IMG/VR virus record: IMGVR_UViG_3300035698_022190
Span: 1 to 64,000 of that record
Reading direction: 5' to 3' (one strand)
DNA length: 64,000 bases
The translations under genes were made by a program, and so were the position numbers. This document shows positions 10,611 to 19,971 of this stretch, piece after piece. The first letter of the stretch is position 1; each line of letters opens with the position of its first letter. The notes under the pieces are model-generated. The model did not search any database and had not been told where the DNA came from. It worked only from the letters and a program-made list of their open reading frames with translations.

Positions 10611-11423
10611 TTATTTATTATCACCCATAAAGTATCGTAATTGATCAGATCTCTTTCTATTTTTCAGCTTATCAATAACTTTTTCTTTAATTTGTCTTAC
10701 GCGTTCTCGTGTAAGCCCTATATCTATACCTATTTCTTTTAATGTATATGGTCTAACCTCATTAATTCCAAAATACATATAGATAATATCCCGCTCTCGT
10801 GGCGTAAATTCTTCTAAAACCAATTCCAATTCGTTTTTGAAAAGCTCTATATTACGCTCAATTTCTTCTGAAGACAATTCTGCAGGTATAACTGTTGTTA
10901 AATCTTGCTCATCATCGGTATGTGGCTCGTCCAAAGCAATAACTGTATAATTAAAAATAGCATCTTTAAGAGCTATACCTTCTTCTAAATAATCTTCTAA
11001 TTCCCAATCTGTTGGTTCTCGCTCTAACTCCTGCAATAAAAATTCGCGTGCTTTCGAAATTTTAGTCACATTAGTAATTTTATTTAAGGGCAAACGTATA
11101 AGTTTTGAATTTTCATGGATGGCATTTATAATACTCTGACGAATCCACCAAACTCCATAAGTAATGAATTTGACATTTTTTGCTACGTCAAATTTATGAT
11201 AAGCTTTTACTAATCCATAATTTCCTTCACATATTAATTCTTCTAGAGTAAGCCCTTGATTTTGATATTTTTTTGCTACAGATACAACAAATCTTAGATT
11301 AGCATTCATTAATTGTTCATATGCTAACGTATCCCCAGCTTGTGCCTCAGCAAACAGCTTGTGTTCCTTTTCTTTTGCAAAAGGTTCGTACTGTTTTATA
11401 CTATTTAAATATAATGTTAGCAT
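10611..11423 (-). CDS. Phage-encoded RpoD/SigA-like sigma factor (no region 1.1)
   Basis: Region 2 ANLRFVVSVAKKYQ and KFITYGVWWIRQSI; region 4 HTH TLKEIG..LTRERVRQI. Confidence 0.9.
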   Translation of the reverse strand: MLTLYLNSIKQYEPFAKEKEHKLFAEAQAGDTLAYEQLMNANLRFVVSVAKKYQNQGLTLEELICEGNYGLVKAYHKFDVAKNVKFITYGVWWIRQSIINAIHENSKLIRLPLNKITNVTKISKAREFLLQELEREPTDWELEDYLEEGIALKDAIFNYTVIALDEPHTDDEQDLTTVIPAELSSEEIERNIELFKNELELVLEEFTPRERDIIYMYFGINEVRPYTLKEIGIDIGLTRERVRQIKEKVIDKLKNRKRSDQLRYFMGDNK

Positions 11424-11431
11424 ATTAATTC

Positions 11432-12154
11432 CTATATGGTTAAAGTATAAAAAGATTTATTATTTTTTCCAAAATTTCCTAACCCTATTATAATTGGAAA
11501 TTCATCTTCATGTCTTACGTAATTGTGGTGATGGTGCCCGTGTATATAATATCTAGGCTTTATATAGTCTAATAGCATCCTTAGTTCCCTAGAACCTTCC
11601 TCTCTTTTGACATTGTGCCTAATAGGTAAGCACCCCATCGCAGCTTGATGTGTTACTAAAATATCGATTGGAACTTGATCGTGGGTTTTTCTAATATTTT
11701 CAATATCTTCTAAAGTAAAAAATCTGCGGTCTTTTCCTATTAATGTTTTTGGATCACGGTTTATTTTGATAGCTGAACGAATGCCTCCTAAACAAGAGAT
11801 TTGAACAGTACTATCTATGTGCCCTAAAAGTGCACTACGCGGGGAAAAGTGTATATTTTTTGTTGCTAAATAATCAACATCAATATTATAATCATCGTGT
11901 ATACCGCCCATAAAATATACCGGAACTTTAAATCGAGGTATTTTATCAGTTTCATACATTGTAATGAATGATTCCATATTCACACGTGTATTGGGAATTT
12001 TCCAATCAGCATCTGTTTTGGCTGCGGCTTTGCTTGAAAACAACCCAAAGTCCCCAACCTGTACAAAAAACTTTGTTTTTTTCTTTTTTCTAGTTAATCT
12101 AACAAATTGAGAAAAGTTGCTATGTACATCTCCTACAAAAGTGATTTCTGTCAT
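11432..12154 (-). CDS. Calcineurin-like metallophosphoesterase
   Basis: GDVH, VGDFG, ILVTH and HGHHH motifs; AGGAG RBS before MTEITF. Confidence 0.8.
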   Translation of the reverse strand: MTEITFVGDVHSNFSQFVRLTRKKKKTKFFVQVGDFGLFSSKAAAKTDADWKIPNTRVNMESFITMYETDKIPRFKVPVYFMGGIHDDYNIDVDYLATKNIHFSPRSALLGHIDSTVQISCLGGIRSAIKINRDPKTLIGKDRRFFTLEDIENIRKTHDQVPIDILVTHQAAMGCLPIRHNVKREEGSRELRMLLDYIKPRYYIHGHHHHNYVRHEDEFPIIIGLGNFGKNNKSFYTLTI

Positions 12155-12175
12155 AGTCTTCTCCTGGTTAAATAT

Positions 12176-12205
12176 AAAAAGGGTCAATCATAAGACTGGC
12201 CCTTT
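12176..12205 (-). terminator. Intrinsic terminator downstream of the holin
   Basis: AAAGGGCCAGTC-TTAT-GATTGACCCTTTTT on the - strand. Confidence 0.7.
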
Positions 12206-12229
12206 AAATAAACGTTTATTTAAGTAATA

Positions 12230-12466
12230 CTATCGGTTTTCGTAATAGCGTGTTACACCATCAACAATTCCTTGCCCGCCTATATAAGCGACGCCAATAG
12301 CTACTAATCCGGTCACAACAATATCTAGTTTGTCGGCAGGCATTTTAGAAAATCCAATTGATGTTATAACTGCAATTTCAAGTAGAACAGTTCAAAACTT
12401 GGTTCTAAGTAGCTTGCTCTTCAGTACTTCCTTGACTGTGTCCGGGGTCTTTGATTTTTCTGCCAT
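12230..12466 (-). CDS. Putative holin (78 aa, 2 TM; Trp25 encoded by TGA)
   Basis: MAEKSKTPDTVKEVLKSKLLRTKF(TGA)TVLLEIAVITSIGFSKMPADKLDIVVTGLVAIGVAYIGGQGIVDGVTRYYENR*. KFW and AYIxGQGxxD holin-like motifs; followed by a terminator. Confidence 0.7.
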
Positions 12467-12728
12467 CTTTATTTGTATATACTTTTTCACCTTTCGGCCC
12501 AAGTACATATCCTGGGTAATTATCTTTTTTTAATTGATCACACACAAAACATGTTTTATAAACCCTGTTTTGACTACACTTTTCTGGGTTATGCCAATTA
12601 TGAAAAGTCCAATCAAACTCATCGTCCGAAACATCCATATCTGATTGTGTGCTCCAAATTTCATTAAAGTCCACACTCTGTGCTTTAGGTTTTGTGTCGT
12701 GAATACCTAATTTATCTTTTATATCCAT
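12405..12728 (-). CDS. Hypothetical protein with possible His/Cys metal site
   Basis: 107-aa ORF with H..C..CxxC; its 3' end overlaps the holin start by 62 nt. Confidence 0.5.
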   Translation of the reverse strand: MDIKDKLGIHDTKPKAQSVDFNEIWSTQSDMDVSDDEFDWTFHNWHNPEKCSQNRVYKTCFVCDQLKKDNYPGYVLGPKGEKVYTNKDGRKIKDPGHSQGSTEEQAT

Positions 12729-12760
12729 ACAATTGTACGGTTATCCTATGTCTTTATCCA

Positions 12761-12937
12761 TTACCGAAACCAGCCTTTATGTGTAAACCACGCATAAAAG
12801 CTAAAGCTTCCCGCAGCCACTAAAGATAGATAGGTTAAAGTCTCGGAATTATAATGATCCCCGATTCCGCCTATTATACTAGTGCATACAACTGCTACTA
12901 TGAATCCCATAGTCAGTGTTTTTTTATTTATCTTCAT
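12761..12937 (-). CDS. Small 2-TM membrane protein (58 aa)
   Basis: MKINKKTLTMGFIVAVVCTSIIGGIG...LSLVAAGSFSFYAWFTHKGWFR*; directly behind a promoter. Confidence 0.6.
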   Translation of the reverse strand: MKINKKTLTMGFIVAVVCTSIIGGIGDHYNSETLTYLSLVAAGSFSFYAWFTHKGWFR

Positions 12938-12942
12938 AGTTT

Positions 12943-12971
12943 AATATAACAAATTTTAACGAAAATTACAA
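12943..12971 (-). promoter_or_regulatory. Promoter TTGTAA-N17-TATATT, probably leaderless
   Basis: ATG 12937 lies 5 nt after the -10 box. Confidence 0.5.
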
Positions 12972-13559
12972 TTAAAATTTATGTATAAATGTTGGCGGAT
13001 TCACCTCCCCACGGAGCCAGTTTAATATATATTGAGAACCAATACAGCCAATAATTTTATTACCGTTCTGTACTATACCAGCTTGCTTTTCATATTCGAG
13101 CTGACAACTACCGTCTTTTACATCTTTAGGTATTGTCAACATCATAGCTTCGAGAGTATTATTTTTATTTTTAGTAAAGGCTGCAATAGCGCGCCCCTCA
13201 GAACGAAGGTCTATCCAATAAAAATCGTTTTTTTCTGCGGTTTCAAATAATAATTTTCTAAACTTTGTATTATCTACCGCACATACAACACAGTCATATC
13301 CATCTAATTCTTTTGCTTTTGTAACGCGTTCTGTTTTTCCTGTAAAACCATACCTAGCTGAAATCGATTCAGCTTTTTCATCAGTGACATCTTCCATACC
13401 AAAATTTTGATATGAGAGGTTATCCATGTCCACAGTGTCATCATCTACAAAAGTAATAAAAGCGTCGTTTAATTGGCTATGTTCATTTAAATCATATAAA
13501 TGAAATGCTAACCATGAGCCAATTCCGCCTGCCCCAACAACTAAAATATTCTTAGTCAT
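12972..13559 (-). CDS. ThiF/E1-family ubiquitin-like-protein adenylating enzyme
   Basis: ILVVGAGGIGS, VDDDTVDMDNLSYQNF, KAE, CAVDN..R, YWID motifs; candidate catalytic Cys in GSCQ. Confidence 0.85.
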   Translation of the reverse strand: MTKNILVVGAGGIGSWLAFHLYDLNEHSQLNDAFITFVDDDTVDMDNLSYQNFGMEDVTDEKAESISARYGFTGKTERVTKAKELDGYDCVVCAVDNTKFRKLLFETAEKNDFYWIDLRSEGRAIAAFTKNKNNTLEAMMLTIPKDVKDGSCQLEYEKQAGIVQNGNKIIGCIGSQYILNWLRGEVNPPTFIHKF

Positions 13560-14030
13560 CTAATCTCCTATTAAATTTATTTGTGAAGGTTCAAAACTTC
13601 TATTTATTCCATCATAAAAAAAAACGTTTGTTTTCTTTTCTAGTAATGAAAAGATGGGATAAAATCCAGCGTATCCCGCGCCGTATATATCTGTTACAGA
13701 AGGTTGCGCAATATGGTTTGGATGTGTATGAAAGATGCCAATAAAATCTTTTTTTGCACCTTTATTCATTAATGTAGTCTGTTTTAATACTTGAAAAAAC
13801 TCGTTTGGATCTGGCACATAGTGAACTTCTGTTTTTAAATTTTGTGTTCCTATAAGCTTTTTCTCAAAGTTTTGTCCTGCTACATTTGTCATACTAATAA
13901 ACTCATTACATTCAGAGTTTTTATCATCTGTTTTTAAACCGAGCAAAGCCCCAACCACTTCATGACCAGGACTTGTTTCGCCATATTTATGCATCTCTGT
14001 CCATACAGATTTCTGCATATTTAAAATCAT
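13560..14030 (-). CDS. JAB/MPN+ (JAMM) metallo-isopeptidase
   Basis: Catalytic Glu in HEVVGALLG and JAMM motif HTHPNHIAQPSVTD (HxHx7Sx2D). Confidence 0.85.
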   Translation of the reverse strand: MILNMQKSVWTEMHKYGETSPGHEVVGALLGLKTDDKNSECNEFISMTNVAGQNFEKKLIGTQNLKTEVHYVPDPNEFFQVLKQTTLMNKGAKKDFIGIFHTHPNHIAQPSVTDIYGAGYAGFYPIFSLLEKKTNVFFYDGINRSFEPSQINLIGD

Positions 14031-14031
14031 T

Positions 14032-14838
14032 TTATGCTTGTGCCGTTGAGCCTGGTGTAAATGTAAATCTACACAGCGGGTTTAAACCTAATTCTTTACA
14101 AATTGCATTTTCTGATTTTCTACCGAAACGCATTTTAAAATTGTTTACAACCCAAGCTCTACTTGCATTTACAAGGCGATTGGCACCTAAAACATCTTTT
14201 GAGTTTGGTCCATATATTGCGTATATTAAGCCATTAGATACCCATAAGTCACGCGCAGCATTATCCATAGTTTTATGGCTAGCCTGCTCCATTAAAATAC
14301 CAGGAGTATTTTGCCGCATTGGCCAGAGTTCACCCAATACGGGCAATGCTATGTGCACTAAGTGTGTCTCATTAGTACCAGTTGGGTGATCATTATCTAC
14401 ACGCCCATAAATACCTTTGTGTCTTTTATAATAATTATGTATTTGTACGTTAGTTTTAGAAATACCTAACGTAGCCAAGTGCGCAGAAATATTAACCCAA
14501 CTTAATCCTTTATTTTCAACTAAATCGCATATGTATTCAAAAGGCGTTGTGGGAAGAACCGTAGCGCCCCAGCCTAAATTATGCCAGGTGACTTTTTCTT
14601 CTTTTAATCGTTTACCTAATTTGTGAACAGTAATCCCTAATTTTTCTGCCAATTCTTTTTGCGTTATTTTATTTCCAACGGTGCCTGCAGTAAAAGTAGC
14701 AGTTTGTTTTTTACCAAAAATAACTGTTGCATCTTTTGTCATATGACCCTTTCTTAAAACTTCGCCCAGAACTCTGGAAAATTTTGGTATGCGGGGCAAT
14801 TTCGCGGTTGTCATGTTTGCTTTTGTCTCTTTCTTCAC
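14032..14838 (-). CDS. Basic hypothetical protein with HTH-like segments
   Basis: GTG start with AGGA RBS; TQKELAEKLGIT is HTH-like. Confidence 0.5.
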   Translation of the reverse strand: MKKETKANMTTAKLPRIPKFSRVLGEVLRKGHMTKDATVIFGKKQTATFTAGTVGNKITQKELAEKLGITVHKLGKRLKEEKVTWHNLGWGATVLPTTPFEYICDLVENKGLSWVNISAHLATLGISKTNVQIHNYYKRHKGIYGRVDNDHPTGTNETHLVHIALPVLGELWPMRQNTPGILMEQASHKTMDNAARDLWVSNGLIYAIYGPNSKDVLGANRLVNASRAWVVNNFKMRFGRKSENAICKELGLNPLCRFTFTPGSTAQA

Positions 14839-14861
14839 TTAATTGTTTCCTGTTTAAAATT

Positions 14862-14888
14862 AAAATGGGGGCAAGTTACCCTGCCCCC
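14862..14888 (-). terminator. Intrinsic terminator after the ubiquitin-like gene
   Basis: GGGGGCAGG-GTAA-CTTGCCCCC-ATTTT on the - strand. Confidence 0.65.
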
Positions 14889-14897
14889 TATAATATC

Positions 14898-15149
14898 TTA
14901 ACCGCCTACTAGGGCGTTTGTTAACGTAATGTCTGCTGCGTTGATAAGAATATCAACTGTTAGCTGTACGGGATTCATTTGAATTCCGTCAATATAACAC
15001 CATTTGCTATGATTATTACATTGGTCTAAGACGCGCTCTAAAGCTGCATTTGGGTATTCTTCATACTCATCATGACCACGGCTACTTACTACTTTGATCA
15101 TAATACGTGCTTTTAGTTCTTCCGTTACGTTTACGGGTTTTTGTTTCAT
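14898..15149 (-). CDS. Putative ubiquitin-like protein ending in Gly-Gly (83 aa)
   Basis: C-terminus ITLTNALVGG*; size suits a beta-grasp fold; within about 2 kb of the E1 and JAB genes. Confidence 0.7.
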   Translation of the reverse strand: MKQKPVNVTEELKARIMIKVVSSRGHDEYEEYPNAALERVLDQCNNHSKWCYIDGIQMNPVQLTVDILINAADITLTNALVGG

Positions 15150-15171
15150 TGTCTGTTTTGGTTAAAGTACT

Positions 15172-17379
15172 TTATCCCCTATCAAGGGTATATATCTGTG
15201 TTGCTAACATAGAATCATTATGTAATGCAAATATTCTATTTACTAGTTTGTCCATTCCTACCTGCGTATTACTGCTTTTATCTACTATACAAATATATTG
15301 TCCGGTATTATAATCGTGAACTCCGCACGTGCTTCGCTCAATATCACCGCTATTTAATTCAACAAAATATCTGCGTAATTTACCCTCAATTACATATCCA
15401 AATTTAGTTTTACCATTTCCTAATGTAACAGTCTCCTGTTTTATTTTAAATAGCTTTTCTGTTTCTGTTAGTAATTGTTTAGATTTAGTTATAGCATCCA
15501 CATAAGCTGTTTTTGCATCTGCTATTAAATCTTTTATGTCTTCGGGCTGTATCCCTACAACAACTTCTGGATTTAATAAAACAGTAACAGCTCCTAATAG
15601 ATCATTTTGAGCTTCCAATCTGATTAATTTGTGAGTGTTTCTAACTTTATATTCTTTATCACCTAATACTAGATAGTTTAGATTTTTTGTTCTTTCAAGA
15701 GGAAGCTTAGCTTCAATAGAAACGCCCTCAAAAGCATCACGCAATTTTAAATCAATACCATGCTGTAAATAATTATGTAGCTGTAAACTACAGCTACTAA
15801 CTGATTTTACAAAGAAATTAAAATCTTCTTGTTTTTCGTAACATAAAGCACGTCGTAAACAATCTTCTAATTCAGCTGCATTAATTCGGCAATCATTTAA
15901 ATACGTAAGGGTACTATCTACGCCAAGGCTATTAGTATTTGTGCGCTTTTCAGCTACAAAGGTTACATCACCAATAGTGCCACTATCTTGATATTGGGCT
16001 TTATTTAAGAAAGCATCAAATGCCATTTCAAAGTTAATATCATCAAGGCGCCAACTATAATTTAAAGATCTAACAATATCATAAACCCAATCTGAGGTGC
16101 TTTCAAATGTTAATCGCTGCCCTTCATATTCAATACTACGAGGTTTAAATACAACATTATTTATCTTTAGCTCTGCTTTAGGGTTCTTTTTTGCGCCAGG
16201 TTTTTGAATTAAAATATCCAATTTTTTCTGAATTTTTTCTTTTAAAACCTTTTTGGCTGCCTGTTCTTTTTCTTCTCGTGAGCGTCTTTGATCGTGTCTT
16301 TTTGTAACTAAGCGTAAACGTTCATTGTTAATTAAAGCAAAATCATTCTCACCTTTTTCAGCTTGAAGGGCATGCGCTGCTTTATTGAGTACGTCATTGT
16401 CTGGCAATATAGGGGGCATATCGCTGAAAATAACTGTTCCCAGCTTATGACCCTCTTCTGCAGTATGAGGATTACTTCTATAAAACATTACATAACGCCC
16501 AATATCTAAATAATTATAGGCAGGAAATTCAGAGTCAATCTGAATTAAGTATAGTTTTGTACTATAATAGCTAAAACAGTTTTCACCTATTACAAGCGCA
16601 ACTCTTTTATTATCGTTTCCTTCCCAAACTTTATAGATACCATAGACATCACTATGTCTATCTACTAAATTGCGCATATTTGCTAGACTATCATACGTCG
16701 TAACAACCTCTGAAGGTAAAAATTTATCAAAAGTTTTTATGGCAGTTTTTAATTCACTAGAGCCCCCAATACTTCGTAGAGGAATAGAATTATTTAGGTT
16801 TAAAAAATATGGAAGAAGAGCGTCAATGTCAACACTCAATTCTTCAGCTGTTGTATAAATTTTACTGTACATCGCCCTAATCCTACGATCTGCATCGGGA
16901 GATATTTCTTCTGGTTTTATATAAGCCAAAATTTGTAATAATTTATTCAAGACTTTAATATTAGCCTGAGAAAGTGTAGTCATACAAAAACTTTTGTTAT
17001 GATTATAGTTTTCTACGGCATAGACAAAGGCGGTCTCATTTTCTTTCAAAGAATCAATGCTTTTTGAAACTTGAGGAGACCACCCGTCTTTAGATGTTTT
17101 TGGTGCTTTATGAATGTTTACCTTATAATTTGAGGTGTCCTCTTGAAAAGGGTTAATTTCAATAAGCATGGTTTTTGTACGTAAAACATATGAAATGCGG
17201 TTACGTATTTTATCATAGTGAGAATCACTATCATGATAATTCTTTATTTTAGACTTTAAAGTGTTAAAAACAGCTTTTGCGGAATCATTTTGAGTCCGCA
17301 TCTCTGCTAATTGTTTATCAGAAATACCTAAGTCATATAAAGAATTTATTGCAGGTAGTAATATAAAGCTCGTTTGCAT
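15172..17379 (-). CDS. Large hypothetical protein (735 aa) of the ubiquitin-like module
   Basis: Long ORF with a central coiled coil and a C-terminal domain GKLRRYFV...GQYICIVD...ALHND. Confidence 0.6.
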   Translation of the reverse strand: MQTSFILLPAINSLYDLGISDKQLAEMRTQNDSAKAVFNTLKSKIKNYHDSDSHYDKIRNRISYVLRTKTMLIEINPFQEDTSNYKVNIHKAPKTSKDGWSPQVSKSIDSLKENETAFVYAVENYNHNKSFCMTTLSQANIKVLNKLLQILAYIKPEEISPDADRRIRAMYSKIYTTAEELSVDIDALLPYFLNLNNSIPLRSIGGSSELKTAIKTFDKFLPSEVVTTYDSLANMRNLVDRHSDVYGIYKVWEGNDNKRVALVIGENCFSYYSTKLYLIQIDSEFPAYNYLDIGRYVMFYRSNPHTAEEGHKLGTVIFSDMPPILPDNDVLNKAAHALQAEKGENDFALINNERLRLVTKRHDQRRSREEKEQAAKKVLKEKIQKKLDILIQKPGAKKNPKAELKINNVVFKPRSIEYEGQRLTFESTSDWVYDIVRSLNYSWRLDDINFEMAFDAFLNKAQYQDSGTIGDVTFVAEKRTNTNSLGVDSTLTYLNDCRINAAELEDCLRRALCYEKQEDFNFFVKSVSSCSLQLHNYLQHGIDLKLRDAFEGVSIEAKLPLERTKNLNYLVLGDKEYKVRNTHKLIRLEAQNDLLGAVTVLLNPEVVVGIQPEDIKDLIADAKTAYVDAITKSKQLLTETEKLFKIKQETVTLGNGKTKFGYVIEGKLRRYFVELNSGDIERSTCGVHDYNTGQYICIVDKSSNTQVGMDKLVNRIFALHNDSMLATQIYTLDRG

Positions 17380-17416
17380 AATTTCCTGTTTCCGGTTTTA
17401 GTTTAATTTAAAATGA

Positions 17417-17851
17417 CTAGCTTTTAGAGTTGAGGTCAAACAATGTTCCATCTTCTGTTTTTTTAATATCGCATGCAGCAATTACTAAATAGTTAGATGG
17501 GTCTGGATGAACAACTACTTCCTTGTCAATCATTTCTTTAGGTGACTTTGCGTCATAATGTTTTAACAGTTTAGCTACTGCGGATTGCGGTGCTAACTCT
17601 GTTTTTCCGCTTACGCTTTTAGTTGTTGTTAACCAAAGTCCTTGTATTCGTTGTGCTCCTTTGTGGTCTTCAACCCAAGCATCAGAAATGTTAAATTTTC
17701 GATCATTTCCATTTGTCACTATAAATACAAGTTTATCTGAGTATGTTCCTTTTTTGGGAACGTGTACTGTGTCTGTGATTACGTCTACTACTGTCGCTAA
17801 GCGTGTTTCTGATCCAATCACTAAATCTAAGAAATCTTTCGTCTCATTCAT
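17417..17851 (-). CDS. Hypothetical protein (possible OB-fold)
   Basis: 144-aa beta-rich ORF; no recognisable family. Confidence 0.5.
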   Translation of the reverse strand: MNETKDFLDLVIGSETRLATVVDVITDTVHVPKKGTYSDKLVFIVTNGNDRKFNISDAWVEDHKGAQRIQGLWLTTTKSVSGKTELAPQSAVAKLLKHYDAKSPKEMIDKEVVVHPDPSNYLVIAACDIKKTEDGTLFDLNSKS

Positions 17852-17917
17852 TTGTGTATATTATTTGGTTTGTTTTTCGTTTCTTAGTGTGTCGGTGTGA
17901 TATGTGGTTTGAATCAC

Positions 17918-17944
17918 AAAAGCCCGAGCGAACTCAGGCTTTTA
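17918..17944 (-). terminator. Intrinsic terminator (UUCG loop, possibly bidirectional)
   Basis: AAAAGCCTGAG-TTCG-CTCGGGCTTTT. Confidence 0.75.
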
Positions 17945-17989
17945 ATTTAAAATATGTAGTGTTTATAACTAAATTACTTATACCATGAT

Positions 17990-19966
17990 CTATAAAATTT
18001 CACATGTATCGTTGTTACAGAATTTATCTACTTCTGCTTCTTCGCCCTTAACCCAGCGAAAGTTTAAGTTCTTTAATTCGGCAGAACGCTTGATGTATTG
18101 TTTCTCTGTTATTTCTTCATAAGGCATTTGTCGATAAGCTCCTTGCTTTAAACGAGGCAAAAAGCTAATACCTTTTAATTGATATTGAAAGTAATTTAAG
18201 GCTGTTGCAATCTGAGGTCCTTCTGTATCAGGATCAAACGTAATGGTGCAACTAACTTGATTATCTGCCCAATACTTTTGCATAAAAGCGGCTAAAGATA
18301 GTTGTTCCCACATTGTAAGATCTTTTGTTGTCCGTAACCCTTCTCCTGCGTCAACAGGAATTTCAACTACAAGGGTAGAATCCTCTGATCCATAAGCAGG
18401 TTCAATGTGATATCCTGCTTTTTCTAACGGCTTTATTAAAGCACTATTTATAGACAAACGCATTCGTCTTATATAAAAACGAGATTCTGGGTAATGCAGC
18501 CCAGGCGTTGATCCAGCAACTAAAGACACGGTACCGCTAGGCTTTACACTCGTAGTCTTTATACTTCTAGGAACAGCAAGCCAATCTGAATACATTTTAT
18601 CATAATCTTGTATAGATTTATATCCGCTTGTAAGCCATTCTTTTAGTTCATTTAGCCCACTCTTAGTAATAAATTGAGCTACACCACTAACAGAACATCC
18701 TATTCGTCTGTTCCGTAAAAGAACTCTATTAGTTTCAGCCCAATGGGTTTTCCCAAGTGTAACTGTTTTTGCATATAAATATGCATATTTTAGAGTCTTT
18801 AAGTAATCTTCTAAATCGTCATGATTATTAGGAAACGTTTCCACTAAACAACAAAGCTCATAAGATTCTAAAGTTTGTTCTAAACAGGGGTTCCCTCCTG
18901 CCGCACGATGATCTTTATTATCAGGACCATTTTGTATTCGTGAATATCCGCGCATATTTTCTAACCAAGCTACACCCGGTTCACCATTTATGCGTATACG
19001 TTCAGCTACGGCTTCATAATCCATCCCAAGATCAGCAAAAATACTATTATTTGATGTCCAGCCATATAATTCTCTGTGGGGATTTACTTTATAATTTTTT
19101 AAATCCATATATTCTTCAGAGTCTGAATCACCAAAAACAATTTCTGCTGTTCTTCTAACATTTCCTGCTACAACACATTTGCCTATTAAATTCATAATGT
19201 CGACAATAGTTGTGACAGAAATAGGCTCCCCGACGTTAGTATCTAAAGTTTCCATGATTGCTTGGTGTACTTCCTGAAGAGGATCAGGGCCGGAGCTAAC
19301 TCCACCAAATCCTTTTATAGGTTTCCCCGCTAATCTAATTTGACTGTAGTCAAAATCCATAGGCGCGGTTCCTTGGAAATATGATTCTATTAACAAACGC
19401 ATAGAATCTACCCAGCCTTCTCGGGTATCAGGAATACGAAAAGTTTCAATTGATCTGTTTGCGTTTGGTCCTTTAATTTCAAAAGTTCCTGCACCTTTTG
19501 TATCAAAACCAACACCAACGCCCAACATAGAAGCGTCCATTAAAAAACAAAATGGCGCTGCTAAGTCTTCTTTTAGATTTTTAGTTGATACAAAACCACA
19601 GTTATTTAAAGCTGCAAATAAGCCACGTTCTTCTGTGATAGGAGAACCCATGGCCCATATACCGCGACCAGGCGGTAGGAATTTCATATTAAATATACGT
19701 TCATACATTTCTTGAGCAGATCGCTGGGCTTTATAAGCTCCCCAACCTAAACCATGTTGCTCAATCCAACGTTTCTGCATATTATAAGTACCCTCGACTA
19801 CGCGCTGAATGGTTTCCCACCATTGCTCATTTTTACCGTCTTCTTTTAAACGAGAATAAGTTCGCATATATACAAGCTCTCCTAAGCCGTTAAATCCAAA
19901 CGGAGGTTTTATTTTCTTATACTTTTCTAAAAAAGGTGTTGATAGTCTAAAGGGTTTAATGTCCAT
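17990..19966 (-). CDS. nrdJ: Class II (B12-dependent) monomeric ribonucleoside-triphosphate reductase
   Basis: RTYSR, FLPPGRG, ALNNC, GGNPCLEQ, VKPSGTVS and C-terminal FCNNDTC motifs of the RTPR type. Confidence 0.93.
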   Translation of the reverse strand: MDIKPFRLSTPFLEKYKKIKPPFGFNGLGELVYMRTYSRLKEDGKNEQWWETIQRVVEGTYNMQKRWIEQHGLGWGAYKAQRSAQEMYERIFNMKFLPPGRGIWAMGSPITEERGLFAALNNCGFVSTKNLKEDLAAPFCFLMDASMLGVGVGFDTKGAGTFEIKGPNANRSIETFRIPDTREGWVDSMRLLIESYFQGTAPMDFDYSQIRLAGKPIKGFGGVSSGPDPLQEVHQAIMETLDTNVGEPISVTTIVDIMNLIGKCVVAGNVRRTAEIVFGDSDSEEYMDLKNYKVNPHRELYGWTSNNSIFADLGMDYEAVAERIRINGEPGVAWLENMRGYSRIQNGPDNKDHRAAGGNPCLEQTLESYELCCLVETFPNNHDDLEDYLKTLKYAYLYAKTVTLGKTHWAETNRVLLRNRRIGCSVSGVAQFITKSGLNELKEWLTSGYKSIQDYDKMYSDWLAVPRSIKTTSVKPSGTVSLVAGSTPGLHYPESRFYIRRMRLSINSALIKPLEKAGYHIEPAYGSEDSTLVVEIPVDAGEGLRTTKDLTMWEQLSLAAFMQKYWADNQVSCTITFDPDTEGPQIATALNYFQYQLKGISFLPRLKQGAYRQMPYEEITEKQYIKRSAELKNLNFRWVKGEEAEVDKFCNNDTCEIL

Positions 19967-19971
19967 AACTC

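Noticed and set aside
12972-15149. ThiF plus GG protein as ordinary thiamine or molybdopterin biosynthesis
   Set aside because: No thiG, moaE, cysteine synthase or rhodanese partner in the window, and the E1 lacks the paired CxxC zinc motifs of MoeB/ThiF. Disfavoured, not strictly excluded.
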